From Marine Group III euryarchaeote CG-Epi1 (GTDB lineage: Archaea > Thermoplasmatota > Poseidoniia > MGIII > CG-Epi1), in assembly GCA_001875345.1 (NCBI GenBank), contig MIZA01000012.1:25656-89655 (forward strand): DNA of 64,000 bases. Reading direction: 5' to 3'. Numbering within the stretch: position 1 is the first letter of the stretch; each line of letters opens with the position of its first letter. Shown in pieces: positions 25,310 through 33,869 of this stretch. Below the pieces are notes generated by a model, which was not told the DNA's origin, did not search any database, and saw only the letters and a list, made by a program, of their open reading frames with translations. Position numbers and translations under genes: made by a program.

Positions 25310-25856
25310 AATTAATTTTTATTATTTAGAGAAGCCTACGCTTTCTAATCTAAATAGAATATTTGGCTCAGCAGATATTCCTTTTATTCGCTTGTCTAAG
25401 TTTTTGTCTAAAGAGGAAGTAAATTTTGAAATGAAATCACAGAGGGATGAAAAAATAGGTTTTTACAAAAGATATGTGCGTCCTTCCCATCTTGGAGATT
25501 TCTGGGAGTCTAAAGATTTTCTTAGTTTTTTAGAATCAGGAACTGGTCTTAATCTTAAATTTCGTTCGTCACAAGGCCAAACTTATGGTCCCGGTGATTA
25601 TTCTCTTCTGCATTCTGAGGAATTTGAAAGAAAAAGGTTAGTAGTAGTTTATGATTTCACAAATAATTGGAATATTGAGTGGGGTGGACATGACATCTAT
25701 ACTTCTCCAGAAAAGGATCCCTTGATTTGCAACAGAGATGCAGGAACGCTGATGCTAACTTTGCTGGATGAAGGCGATTATTCCTGTACAAGATACGTTA
25801 GTTTGAAATCAGATTCTAAAGTGGTTATTGACAAGGTTATTTTTGATTTGAAATAA
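25302..25856 (+). CDS. Ofd1/Tpa1 C-terminal (non-catalytic DSBH) domain-like protein
   Basis: TGLNLKFRSSQGQTYGPGDYSLLHSEE...RLVVVYDFTNNWNIEWGGHDIY...AGTLMLTLLDEGDYSCTRYVS parallels the second, degenerate double-stranded beta-helix of Tpa1/OGFOD1. The start overlaps the previous gene by 8 nt. Confidence 0.55.
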   Translation: MSEINFYYLEKPTLSNLNRIFGSADIPFIRLSKFLSKEEVNFEMKSQRDEKIGFYKRYVRPSHLGDFWESKDFLSFLESGTGLNLKFRSSQGQTYGPGDYSLLHSEEFERKRLVVVYDFTNNWNIEWGGHDIYTSPEKDPLICNRDAGTLMLTLLDEGDYSCTRYVSLKSDSKVVIDKVIFDLK

Positions 25857-25882
25857 TTACTTATTTTTGAGTACCTACGCTG

Positions 25883-25890
25883 TTTTTATA
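25883..25890 (+). promoter_or_regulatory. Candidate TATA box for the riboflavin operon
   Basis: TTTTTATA lies about 25-30 nt upstream of the TTG start at 25913. That spacing suggests a leaderless or near-leaderless transcript. Confidence 0.35.
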
Positions 25891-25912
25891 TCTCACATAC
25901 AAAAGTAATCAT

Positions 25913-26632
25913 TTGGAGATTATTTTGTCAGACTCAATTAACCTTGAAAAAATAAAGACGGAACTACTTAGTGGCAATCCAATTTTTGTCTTTGATGAAG
26001 AAGGAAGAGAATCGGAAACAGATATTTTCTTTTATGCTAAATCAGTTACGAGCAATAATTTGCATTATTTGAGAAAAAATGGAGGAGGAATGATTTTCTT
26101 AGCATCAGATTATTCGATTTCAAGGAAATTAGGTATTCCTTTCATGGAAGAGATATACGAGGCAGCTTTTTCAAATTCGAATGATTTTACAATATTAGAG
26201 ATGATGAAACACCATTCCTTGCCTTACACAAAATCTAAATCTTCGTTTTCCATATTCATTAATCATAAAGATACTTTTACCGGAATAACAGATGACGATC
26301 GTTCCCTAACTGCACGTTCATTTTCAGAAGTTTTTGAAAAAGCTGAGACTGTAAGTGCCGATGAATCTAGAAAAATCATGGGAAATTCATTTAGGAGTCC
26401 AGGCCATGTACCAATTTGCATAGCTGCCTCCAATGGACTTTCTGAGAGGCAAGGACATACAGAATTAATAACTGAATTATTTAAAAAAATAAGTTTAACG
26501 CCTGTTGCATTAGGCTGTGAAATGGTTTCTAAATCAGGTAAATCCCTAACACGTTATGAAGCAGAGATTTTTGCAAAAGATAATGGATATTTATTTTTAG
26601 AGGGTCAACATATCAAAGAGGTATGTCAGTGA
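25913..26632 (+). CDS. ribB: 3,4-dihydroxy-2-butanone-4-phosphate synthase
   Basis: PIFVFDEEGRESETDIFFYAKSVT plus ...RSPGHVPICIAA...RQGHTE motifs of DHBP synthase. The start is a TTG in the track and is uncertain. Confidence 0.85.
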   Translation: MEIILSDSINLEKIKTELLSGNPIFVFDEEGRESETDIFFYAKSVTSNNLHYLRKNGGGMIFLASDYSISRKLGIPFMEEIYEAAFSNSNDFTILEMMKHHSLPYTKSKSSFSIFINHKDTFTGITDDDRSLTARSFSEVFEKAETVSADESRKIMGNSFRSPGHVPICIAASNGLSERQGHTELITELFKKISLTPVALGCEMVSKSGKSLTRYEAEIFAKDNGYLFLEGQHIKEVCQ

Positions 26633-27069
26633 AAGTTGTAGCTACTGGTGTTTTTGATATAATTCACATAGGTCACGCCCACTTCTTGAATGCAGCAAAA
26701 GAGCACGGTAATCATTTGACAGTAATTGTAGCCAATGATGCTACAGTCAGGAAGATGAAAGGGGAGCCCATTTTATCAGACAAGAGGCGCTCGGAAGTAG
26801 TTTCTCAACTTAAACCAGTAGATGAAGTTGTAATAGGAAGAACAGGAGATATGCTTGATATTATTGTTGAAGACATAAAACCTGATGTTATTGCATTAGG
26901 TTTTGATCAACGTTTATTTACGACAAAAGAATTAGCAGCTAAACTACTGGAAAGGGGCTTAGAAGTTAAGGTAGTCCGACTGGAAGAAATGGAGCAAGAT
27001 TTAGCAGGTTCACGTAAAATAATTTCTAAAATTTTAAAGATATATAGGAAAAAATACAGTTCTGAATAA
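26623..27069 (+). CDS. ribL: FAD synthase (archaeal FMN adenylyltransferase, cytidylyltransferase fold)
   Basis: VVATGVFDIIHIGHAHFLNAAKEHG is the (H/T)xGH nucleotidyltransferase motif. The size of about 150 aa and the position in a riboflavin operon fit RibL. Confidence 0.8.
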   Translation: MSVKVVATGVFDIIHIGHAHFLNAAKEHGNHLTVIVANDATVRKMKGEPILSDKRRSEVVSQLKPVDEVVIGRTGDMLDIIVEDIKPDVIALGFDQRLFTTKELAAKLLERGLEVKVVRLEEMEQDLAGSRKIISKILKIYRKKYSSE

Positions 27070-27683
27070 TGGTTTTTACAGGAATAATACAAGAAAAAGC
27101 ACAAGTATCTAGTATTGAAAAATCACAAGATTTTTCTAGTATTCGAATTGAGGCAAGTTCAGATTTTGTAAAAGGAATTAAGATTGGAGCAAGCGTTTCA
27201 ATTGATGGAGTTTGCTTAACAGTTACTTCAATAAAGGAAAATATTCTGGCTTTCGATATAATTATAGAAACCTTAAGAGTTACTAATTTATCAAATTTGG
27301 AGGAGTCTGACTTAGTTAATCTAGAAAGGGCAGCACGTTTTGGGGATGAAATTGGCGGACATATTATCTCAGGCCATGTTTCTGGAATTGTTAAAATATC
27401 AAAAATAGAAAAGACAACCAATAATCATATTCTTTCCTTTGAAACAAGTGATGATTTGATAAAATATATTTTTCCAAAGGGGTATGTCTCACTAAATGGA
27501 ATAAGCTTAACTATTGGGGAAGTAAATAAAATAGAGAATATTTTCACAGTTTATTTAATTCCCGAAACGTTAAGAATTACGACCATGCTAGACAAGAAAA
27601 TTGGAGATATGATTAATTTAGAAGTTGAAACGCAAACCAAAAATACGGTAGATTTAATAACTGAGATGCAGGTGATAAAATAA
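27069..27683 (+). CDS. ribE: Riboflavin synthase (trimeric, two-barrel bacterial/eukaryotic type)
   Basis: MVFTGIIQEKAQV..., GASVSIDGVCLTV and a second repeat ISLNGISLTIGEV show the duplicated lumazine-binding barrel. Confidence 0.85.
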   Translation: MVFTGIIQEKAQVSSIEKSQDFSSIRIEASSDFVKGIKIGASVSIDGVCLTVTSIKENILAFDIIIETLRVTNLSNLEESDLVNLERAARFGDEIGGHIISGHVSGIVKISKIEKTTNNHILSFETSDDLIKYIFPKGYVSLNGISLTIGEVNKIENIFTVYLIPETLRITTMLDKKIGDMINLEVETQTKNTVDLITEMQVIK

Positions 27684-28087
27684 TGGCAAAGTCAGTAGCG
27701 ATTGTGGCAGGAAGTTATCATAAAGACAAAGTAGAAAAAATGGTTGAAATGGTTAAATCAATGTCTTCTGAAAACAATCTGCTGATTGAGGAAATAAGCT
27801 GGGTTCCAGGGTCAATGGAACTTCCACTACAGGTTAAACGTTTGTTACTTAGGGAATCAATTGAAGGCGTAATAGTTTTAGGAATTATTGAAAAAGGAGA
27901 GACAGATCATGGCCTAGTTATGGGTCAGGCAGTTACTAAGTCAATTATAGATTTACAATTACTTTCAATGAAGCCTATAGGTTTTGGGATAATAGGTCCA
28001 GGTGCTGAAGAAGAACAAATTGATAAAAGAGTAGAAGTTCATGCTAGGCAGGCAGTATTAGCAGTCTCGGAAATGTTATTTAATTAA
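27683..28087 (+). CDS. ribH: 6,7-dimethyl-8-ribityllumazine synthase
   Basis: AIVAGSYHKDKVEKMVE..., WVPGSMELP and GIIEKGETDHG... fit an archaeal-length (about 134 aa) lumazine synthase. Confidence 0.8.
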   Translation: MAKSVAIVAGSYHKDKVEKMVEMVKSMSSENNLLIEEISWVPGSMELPLQVKRLLLRESIEGVIVLGIIEKGETDHGLVMGQAVTKSIIDLQLLSMKPIGFGIIGPGAEEEQIDKRVEVHARQAVLAVSEMLFN

Positions 28088-30701
28088 ATTTCTTTTTTAT
28101 TTTCCAATTACTCATTTTATATTTTTCTATCATATAGTGGAGAGCATGGTAGAAGCTTGGTAGAGCAAAAACAGCCATTAGGAGAGAGAATAGGACTAGT
28201 GTAATAATTAATGCAAAGAAATTTCTCAATCCAATAAATTGACTACTAAAGAAGGAAATAAGAACTCCAGAGAATACCCCTCCCATTGTGGTAAATGTCG
28301 CTTCTACAACAGACTGACCTGTATTTTCAACAGCTTTTTGTATTCCTTCAGGAGTAGTACCTTCTTCTCTTACTCTTTCAGTAATTTGAATTGAATTATC
28401 AATACCAATTCCGATAATAATTGTTCCAACCATTGCGGTAAAAATATTTAGATTAGTTCCTCCAGCATCAACAGTAGCTGGATACCATAGAATCACTAAC
28501 AAGATGGGTAAGAATGTTATTACTCCGAATTTAACTGAACTAAAAATCACAATCATTGTTATCAAAACTAAAAGTAAACTTAGCTTAATTGTATCGAATT
28601 GAGTTTCTTGAATTCCTTCATTAATTGCAATGCTTACAGGAGGACCTCCAGTCAACTGAGACATTTGCGCATCGTGGGCATGAATTTGCTTATCTCTTAA
28701 AAATGCGATTTCATCTATCTCGTTAACTAAGATTGTGGTATCATCAATATTGATGTATGGCATGCTAACATAGATTAATGCTTTATCGTATTCATCAGTC
28801 AAAAGCATAGCCCGCATTTCATCGGTGAATGACTCGTAAAATACATCAATCATATCACTCCTTAGTTGCTCTCTACTGTATAGTGGATTTATATCAATCC
28901 AAACATAATCGTCACCAAAAAAATCACTATGTAAGAAATCCCAAAAGCTACCGTCGAATTCAAATTGAGTTTCACCATCTAAATCATCTAGAGCTATAGT
29001 GATATGAGCCGATTTGAAAAAGTCAACGATAGAAAATGCTGAAACATTTATGATTTCATTAGAATTTCTATTAGTAACAGATAAATTATTTATTTCGCCT
29101 TGAGTCCAATTCATCACATCTAAAACATCTAAATCTTTAGCAGCCGGCTTTAATCTATCTTCAGGTCCGTTTACAAGTAAAATTCCAGTTTGGCCAGCTT
29201 CAAATTTTTCAGAATATTCGCCTAATTTCTTAATTGAATCTATATCTTCAGGTGCAGATTCACTTCCTTTGATATCTTGATCCATTACTGCAATTCTTGC
29301 TATTGAGTAAGATGTTGTTAGGAGTAGAACTAATAGAATCGCTTTCCATTGTTTTGTTGATAAGACTGCTATACTTTTCCACCCTTCAGATTTATGCCTA
29401 GAATAATTAGTTAGCTTCATAATTGCGGGAGTCATACTAACTGTCAGAAAGAATGCGCACATTACTCCAACAATCATAGTAAATCCAACAGTTCTCATTG
29501 GGGCAATTGGAGAAATGAAGAGAGCAGAAAAACCAATTGTATCAGTTACGGCACATAGAAAAGTTGCTTTTCCTGTTGTAAGTAGTGCTAAAAATGTAGC
29601 TCTTGGCATTTTATTTCCTTCGTCTTTAAATTCCACAATTCGATTAGCTACGTGCAATCCATAGTCAACACCAATTCCAACTAAAATTGGTCCGGCCGCC
29701 ACAATCATTGGAGTCAGAACCACTCCAGATAAATTTACAATCCCAAGAGTCCAAATTAGTGCACAAAAGATTGGTACTAAGACAACAGGTATGGCCAACC
29801 AATTTCTATGAAAAAATAACATCATCGCGATTACTATTCCCAATGAAATAGGTAACATTGTTAGTAAATCATCGTATAATCTAGCAGTTACTTCGTGAAG
29901 AACAACGACAAGACCAGTTTGAGTCATATCAGTTCTAGCATTATATCTTTGATCAATATGCTCTTGAATCTTAGCGATCATTTCCTCTTGTGAAGCATCA
30001 TTATTTTCGCCTTGATATTTTAGGGCGAATAGAATTACTGCCGTATCAATTATCTTATCATCATTTGTATCTATAGCAAAATTTTGTAAAGCTGATGACG
30101 TACTATCGTATATTTGGTCTACTCTATCCTGATCATCGGGTATATTGTATGTACCGGTCAGATTTACAGTATCATCGTCATTTTGCTCAATACTTAATCC
30201 ACCAAATATTTTCCCTTCAGTTGCTTCTATAAATCTGGCATTTGTTGAGTTAAATTCCTTAATTAGAGTAGAAATACTTAGTGTAAAGATTATTCCGTCT
30301 TTATCACCTCGATCGGCCTGATAAGTTTCTAAATCTTCACTTTGTCCATATTTATCAATTGTAGTTTCAAGAAGAGCAATTTCTTTCAAAGTAGGAACAT
30401 ATGTAATATTATCGACCACAATATCATTAAAGACATTAGGATCATTTGCATTTCCTGTTTCAATATAGACAATGATTAGATCAGTTGCCCAATCTTGTCT
30501 AACTTCAATTAATATTTCTGTAGATTCCTCACCTTCAGGAAGATATACTTCGATATCTCTTGTCATATTTTCTTCGAAGGTTAAGGCAGATTGCAGAAGA
30601 AGTACAGTTATTAGACTAAGAACGGCAACCGTGGCTACAGCATTTTTCAAAATTATATTAGTATAAATTTGAACTCCGTTCTCTAAAGCCTTTGTAATCA
30701 C
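28080..30701 (-). CDS. MMPL/RND-superfamily exporter
   Basis: 873 aa with two blocks of about 6 TM helices, each preceded by a large soluble loop. Conserved GIGVDYGLH and GIGIDNSIQ motifs in the TM bundles are typical of MMPL/HpnN-type RND transporters. Confidence 0.7.
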   Translation of the reverse strand: MITKALENGVQIYTNIILKNAVATVAVLSLITVLLLQSALTFEENMTRDIEVYLPEGEESTEILIEVRQDWATDLIIVYIETGNANDPNVFNDIVVDNITYVPTLKEIALLETTIDKYGQSEDLETYQADRGDKDGIIFTLSISTLIKEFNSTNARFIEATEGKIFGGLSIEQNDDDTVNLTGTYNIPDDQDRVDQIYDSTSSALQNFAIDTNDDKIIDTAVILFALKYQGENNDASQEEMIAKIQEHIDQRYNARTDMTQTGLVVVLHEVTARLYDDLLTMLPISLGIVIAMMLFFHRNWLAIPVVLVPIFCALIWTLGIVNLSGVVLTPMIVAAGPILVGIGVDYGLHVANRIVEFKDEGNKMPRATFLALLTTGKATFLCAVTDTIGFSALFISPIAPMRTVGFTMIVGVMCAFFLTVSMTPAIMKLTNYSRHKSEGWKSIAVLSTKQWKAILLVLLLTTSYSIARIAVMDQDIKGSESAPEDIDSIKKLGEYSEKFEAGQTGILLVNGPEDRLKPAAKDLDVLDVMNWTQGEINNLSVTNRNSNEIINVSAFSIVDFFKSAHITIALDDLDGETQFEFDGSFWDFLHSDFFGDDYVWIDINPLYSREQLRSDMIDVFYESFTDEMRAMLLTDEYDKALIYVSMPYINIDDTTILVNEIDEIAFLRDKQIHAHDAQMSQLTGGPPVSIAINEGIQETQFDTIKLSLLLVLITMIVIFSSVKFGVITFLPILLVILWYPATVDAGGTNLNIFTAMVGTIIIGIGIDNSIQITERVREEGTTPEGIQKAVENTGQSVVEATFTTMGGVFSGVLISFFSSQFIGLRNFFALIITLVLFSLLMAVFALPSFYHALHYMIEKYKMSNWKIKKKFN

Positions 30702-30736
30702 AAGTGCCCTATCGAGGCCTCAAAATAAATGTAATC

Positions 30737-32509
30737 TTAACTAGAATAGTAGTATTCTTTCTTACTTTTCTGTTCTCTGTCCAATCTTGAACCTGGTTTA
30801 TTGACACGAGGTCTGTGAGTATTTTTGTCACGTCTAAACGTCACATCAACTCTTTCCAAAAAGATGTTCATTCCTTCTCTCATTTTGTAAGGTCCTTCTA
30901 CAATTCCTTTATTTCCAGGATCTCCACCGAAGCACAATATTCCATCTGAAATATAATCTATAAAGTAAATATCATGGTCTACAATAAGGGCTGACTTTCC
31001 TCTGTTTTCCATGAATCTTCTAATGGTTTTAGCAGTTACCATTCTTTGGTTTGCGTCAAGATATGCAGAGGGTTCATCTAGCAAGTATAGGTCAGCTTCC
31101 TTGAGTAAACATTCAGCGACGGCGATGCGTTGCAACTCACCTCCTGATAGAGTTTGCATTTCTCTTTCTAGTAGAGGTTCCAAATTGAGAGGTCGATTTA
31201 GTTCAGTACTAAATGTATGCTCATCATAACCTTCAACTGATTGTAATAAATCTTGAACAATTATTCCTTCTTGAATATCTATGTATTGAGGTTTGTAAGA
31301 TACAGCTATCTCGCTTTCAATTTCACCTTCATCAGGCTCTAAATCTCCTGCTAGCATTTTAACAAATGTTGTTTTACCCGTAGCATTCGCACCTACTACT
31401 CCCAAAACTTGACCACTTAGAAGTTCGCCAGCTTTTGCTTCAAGACTGAAACTACCTAATTTCTTTGATAATTTCGGCCATTGAACAAGCCTTAGTCCAT
31501 CCCATCCTGTTCTTGGTGGGTGTTCTAGGAATTTAATTGGTTTATCTCTTATTCTAACATTTTGTTCTACAAGATACCCTTCAATGTATGCGTTAATTGC
31601 CTTGCGTGTTGTTCTAGCAGGGGTAAATATTCCAAATGCTCCTTTTTTACCATAAACTATGTGAGTTAAGTCTGCAATTACATCTAAAACTGCTAAATCG
31701 TGCTCAATGACAATTACTCTTGCAGATTCAGCTAGTTCTTGGATTATCCTCACAATCCTCATTCTTTCATAAATGTCAAGATAAGATGACGGTTCGTCAA
31801 AGAAGTAAACATCAGCTTTCTTTAGTAAAGTTGCACATATTGCAACTCTTTGTAATTCACCACCAGATAATTGGTCTAAATTTCTTTTCAAAAGGTGACC
31901 TAATCCGAATTTTTCTACCATTTCATCATATAATCCTCTTTCGTTTACAGAAGATAGAAGTTTCCCTACATTCCCTTTGAAAGCCTTGGGAATATGATCA
32001 ACATATTGGGGTTTCAACGCTACTTTAACTGTAGATTCATTTAAGTCAGCTAGAAAATCTCTCAATTCACCACGAGGTAATGTTTCAATTACATCTTCCC
32101 AAACACTATCATTTGCTTCGAATTCACCAAGGTTTGGAATTATGCTTCCATTCAAAATATTAAATGCAGTAGATTTTCCCATTCCATTTGGTCCTAATAT
32201 TCCGATTATGGAATCTTTAGATGGAGTAGGTAATCGGAACAGTCTAAAACCATTAAGCGAATATCTGTGAATCATATCAGTTTCTAATTCCTCAGGAAGA
32301 TTGATTACTTTGACAGCATCACCAGGACAATTTTTAGCCCTCATCAGGCAGGGTGGACAAGCATCCTCTAAAATCTTACATTTATCATTCTCGTCAACTT
32401 GTATGCACTCAGCACCGCAAGATCCTGCATATTTCTGTAAATATTCAAAGGCAGGGCTGTTTGGTTTGCATTTATCTTCAAATAGAACGGCGATTCTCAT
32501 TTTTTTCAA
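30737..32509 (-). CDS. abce1: ABCE1 (RNase L inhibitor homologue) ribosome-recycling ATPase
   Basis: N-terminal Fe-S domain (RIAVLFEDKCKP...CPPCLMRAKNCPGDAV) followed by twin ABC cassettes (GPNGMGKST / GANATGKTT, LSGGELQR twice). Confidence 0.9.
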   Translation of the reverse strand: MKKMRIAVLFEDKCKPNSPAFEYLQKYAGSCGAECIQVDENDKCKILEDACPPCLMRAKNCPGDAVKVINLPEELETDMIHRYSLNGFRLFRLPTPSKDSIIGILGPNGMGKSTAFNILNGSIIPNLGEFEANDSVWEDVIETLPRGELRDFLADLNESTVKVALKPQYVDHIPKAFKGNVGKLLSSVNERGLYDEMVEKFGLGHLLKRNLDQLSGGELQRVAICATLLKKADVYFFDEPSSYLDIYERMRIVRIIQELAESARVIVIEHDLAVLDVIADLTHIVYGKKGAFGIFTPARTTRKAINAYIEGYLVEQNVRIRDKPIKFLEHPPRTGWDGLRLVQWPKLSKKLGSFSLEAKAGELLSGQVLGVVGANATGKTTFVKMLAGDLEPDEGEIESEIAVSYKPQYIDIQEGIIVQDLLQSVEGYDEHTFSTELNRPLNLEPLLEREMQTLSGGELQRIAVAECLLKEADLYLLDEPSAYLDANQRMVTAKTIRRFMENRGKSALIVDHDIYFIDYISDGILCFGGDPGNKGIVEGPYKMREGMNIFLERVDVTFRRDKNTHRPRVNKPGSRLDREQKSKKEYYYSS

Positions 32510-32613
32510 TACGATTAAAAGACTTAGTCTTGTCGTATTTCCTTTTTACAATGCGAGTAATTAAAATCATATGGTCATCCAAAGATACTTTTGTCCCCCT
32601 TTAATGGGATGGT

Positions 32614-33051
32614 GTGCGAATTAAATTTACATTACCGGGAAAGCCAGTTGCTCAAGGGAGGCCCCGTTTCTATCGCAAGGGAAAATTTGTAGTTGCGACC
32701 GATCCTAAACCAAGCAAAGTTTACAAAGCAGATATTGCATATATCGCCCAGAGAGCTAGAGAGGAGGCCGGAATTGAAGGTCTTTTCGAAGGTCCATTGG
32801 GTATGGAAATTTTTGCATACTTTCCATGTCCTAAAAGTAAATGGAGAGTAAAAGTGCCTAGAACAGAAGAACATCATGCAAAGAGGCCTGATGCAGATAA
32901 TTTAGCTAAATCAGTAAAAGATGGTCTAAGCGGAGTTTTGTACCACGATGATGGGCAAATATCAGAATTGGTAGTCAGAAAGAGAATTGCAGCTCAAGGA
33001 GATGGTCCTAGAGTTGAAGTTGAGTTATACAAATTGGAGCCTCTAGAATGA
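32614..33051 (+). CDS. rusA: RusA-family Holliday junction resolvase
   Basis: GKPVAQGRPRF..., KRPDADNLAKSVKDGLSGVLYHDDGQI is the RusA catalytic Asp signature. GTG start. It forms an ATGA overlap with folD. Confidence 0.75.
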   Translation: MRIKFTLPGKPVAQGRPRFYRKGKFVVATDPKPSKVYKADIAYIAQRAREEAGIEGLFEGPLGMEIFAYFPCPKSKWRVKVPRTEEHHAKRPDADNLAKSVKDGLSGVLYHDDGQISELVVRKRIAAQGDGPRVEVELYKLEPLE

Positions 33052-33869
33052 GTTCAATTATAGATGGTAAAAAAATAGCCAAAGAAATTGAAACTGAATT
33101 AACCGCTAAAGTAGCAGAAATGGGAAGTGTCCCTAGATTGTCTGTGGTTCAGATAGGAGATGATCCAGCATCTGCATCTTATATTAAAGCGAAAGCTAAC
33201 GCAGCCTCTAGAGTTGGCATTGAACTTACTCATCACCACTTATCAGTAGATACTTCAGTAAGAGAATTAGAAAATCTTGTTGATAGCCTAAATGAAAGTG
33301 AAGATGGCCTCATAATTCAATTACCTATTCCTAAGGCTCTGGAATCGGTTTTAGAAAGAATTAAGCCTGAAAATGACGTAGATGGTTTTCATTCTGAAAA
33401 TTTAGGAAAATTAGTTCAAGGGATTTCAGGAATGGTTCCTTGTACTCCGGCAGGGATTATTGAGCTATTATACCGTTCTGGAAATGATCCTGAGGGCAAA
33501 CATGTTGTTGTTGTTGGACGTAGTACAATAGTTGGTACACCACTTTCTCTTCTATTATCTCAGAAAGGAGTAGACGCAACAGTTACACTGTGCCACAGTA
33601 GAACTAAATCTTTGGAGGAACATTGTAAACAAGCAGATATTTTGGTTGCTGCAGTCGGAAAAGCTAGTATGATTACTAAGGAGATGGTAAAACCGGGGGC
33701 AGTCATAATTGATGTAGGTGTTAACAGAACTTCAGAAGGGCTAGTTGGAGACGTATCTCACGATGTTAGAGATGTTGCAAGTCAGATTACGCCTGTTCCT
33801 GGAGGGGTAGGGCCCATGACAGTTGTAATGTTAATGTCGAATACAGTAAAATCAGCTTTAGAAAACTAA
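33048..33869 (+). CDS. folD: Bifunctional methylenetetrahydrofolate dehydrogenase/cyclohydrolase
   Basis: IIDGKKIAKEI..., YIKAK, PLP...DVDGFH, CTPAG, VVGRSTIVG.P, ...PVPGGVGPMTV. Confidence 0.9.
   Translation: MSSIIDGKKIAKEIETELTAKVAEMGSVPRLSVVQIGDDPASASYIKAKANAASRVGIELTHHHLSVDTSVRELENLVDSLNESEDGLIIQLPIPKALESVLERIKPENDVDGFHSENLGKLVQGISGMVPCTPAGIIELLYRSGNDPEGKHVVVVGRSTIVGTPLSLLLSQKGVDATVTLCHSRTKSLEEHCKQADILVAAVGKASMITKEMVKPGAVIIDVGVNRTSEGLVGDVSHDVRDVASQITPVPGGVGPMTVVMLMSNTVKSALEN

Noticed and set aside
25857-25912. An FMN riboswitch or other structured leader upstream of ribB.
   Set aside because: The spacer is only 56 nt and is dominated by a TATA-like element. It has no room for an FMN aptamer of roughly 130 nt or more, and such riboswitches are bacterial.
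32510-33051. A prophage remnant or mobile element around rusA.
   Set aside because: No integrase, transposase, terminal repeats or other phage genes were seen. The gene is wedged between ABCE1 and folD and overlaps the folD start. I report it as a domesticated single gene instead.
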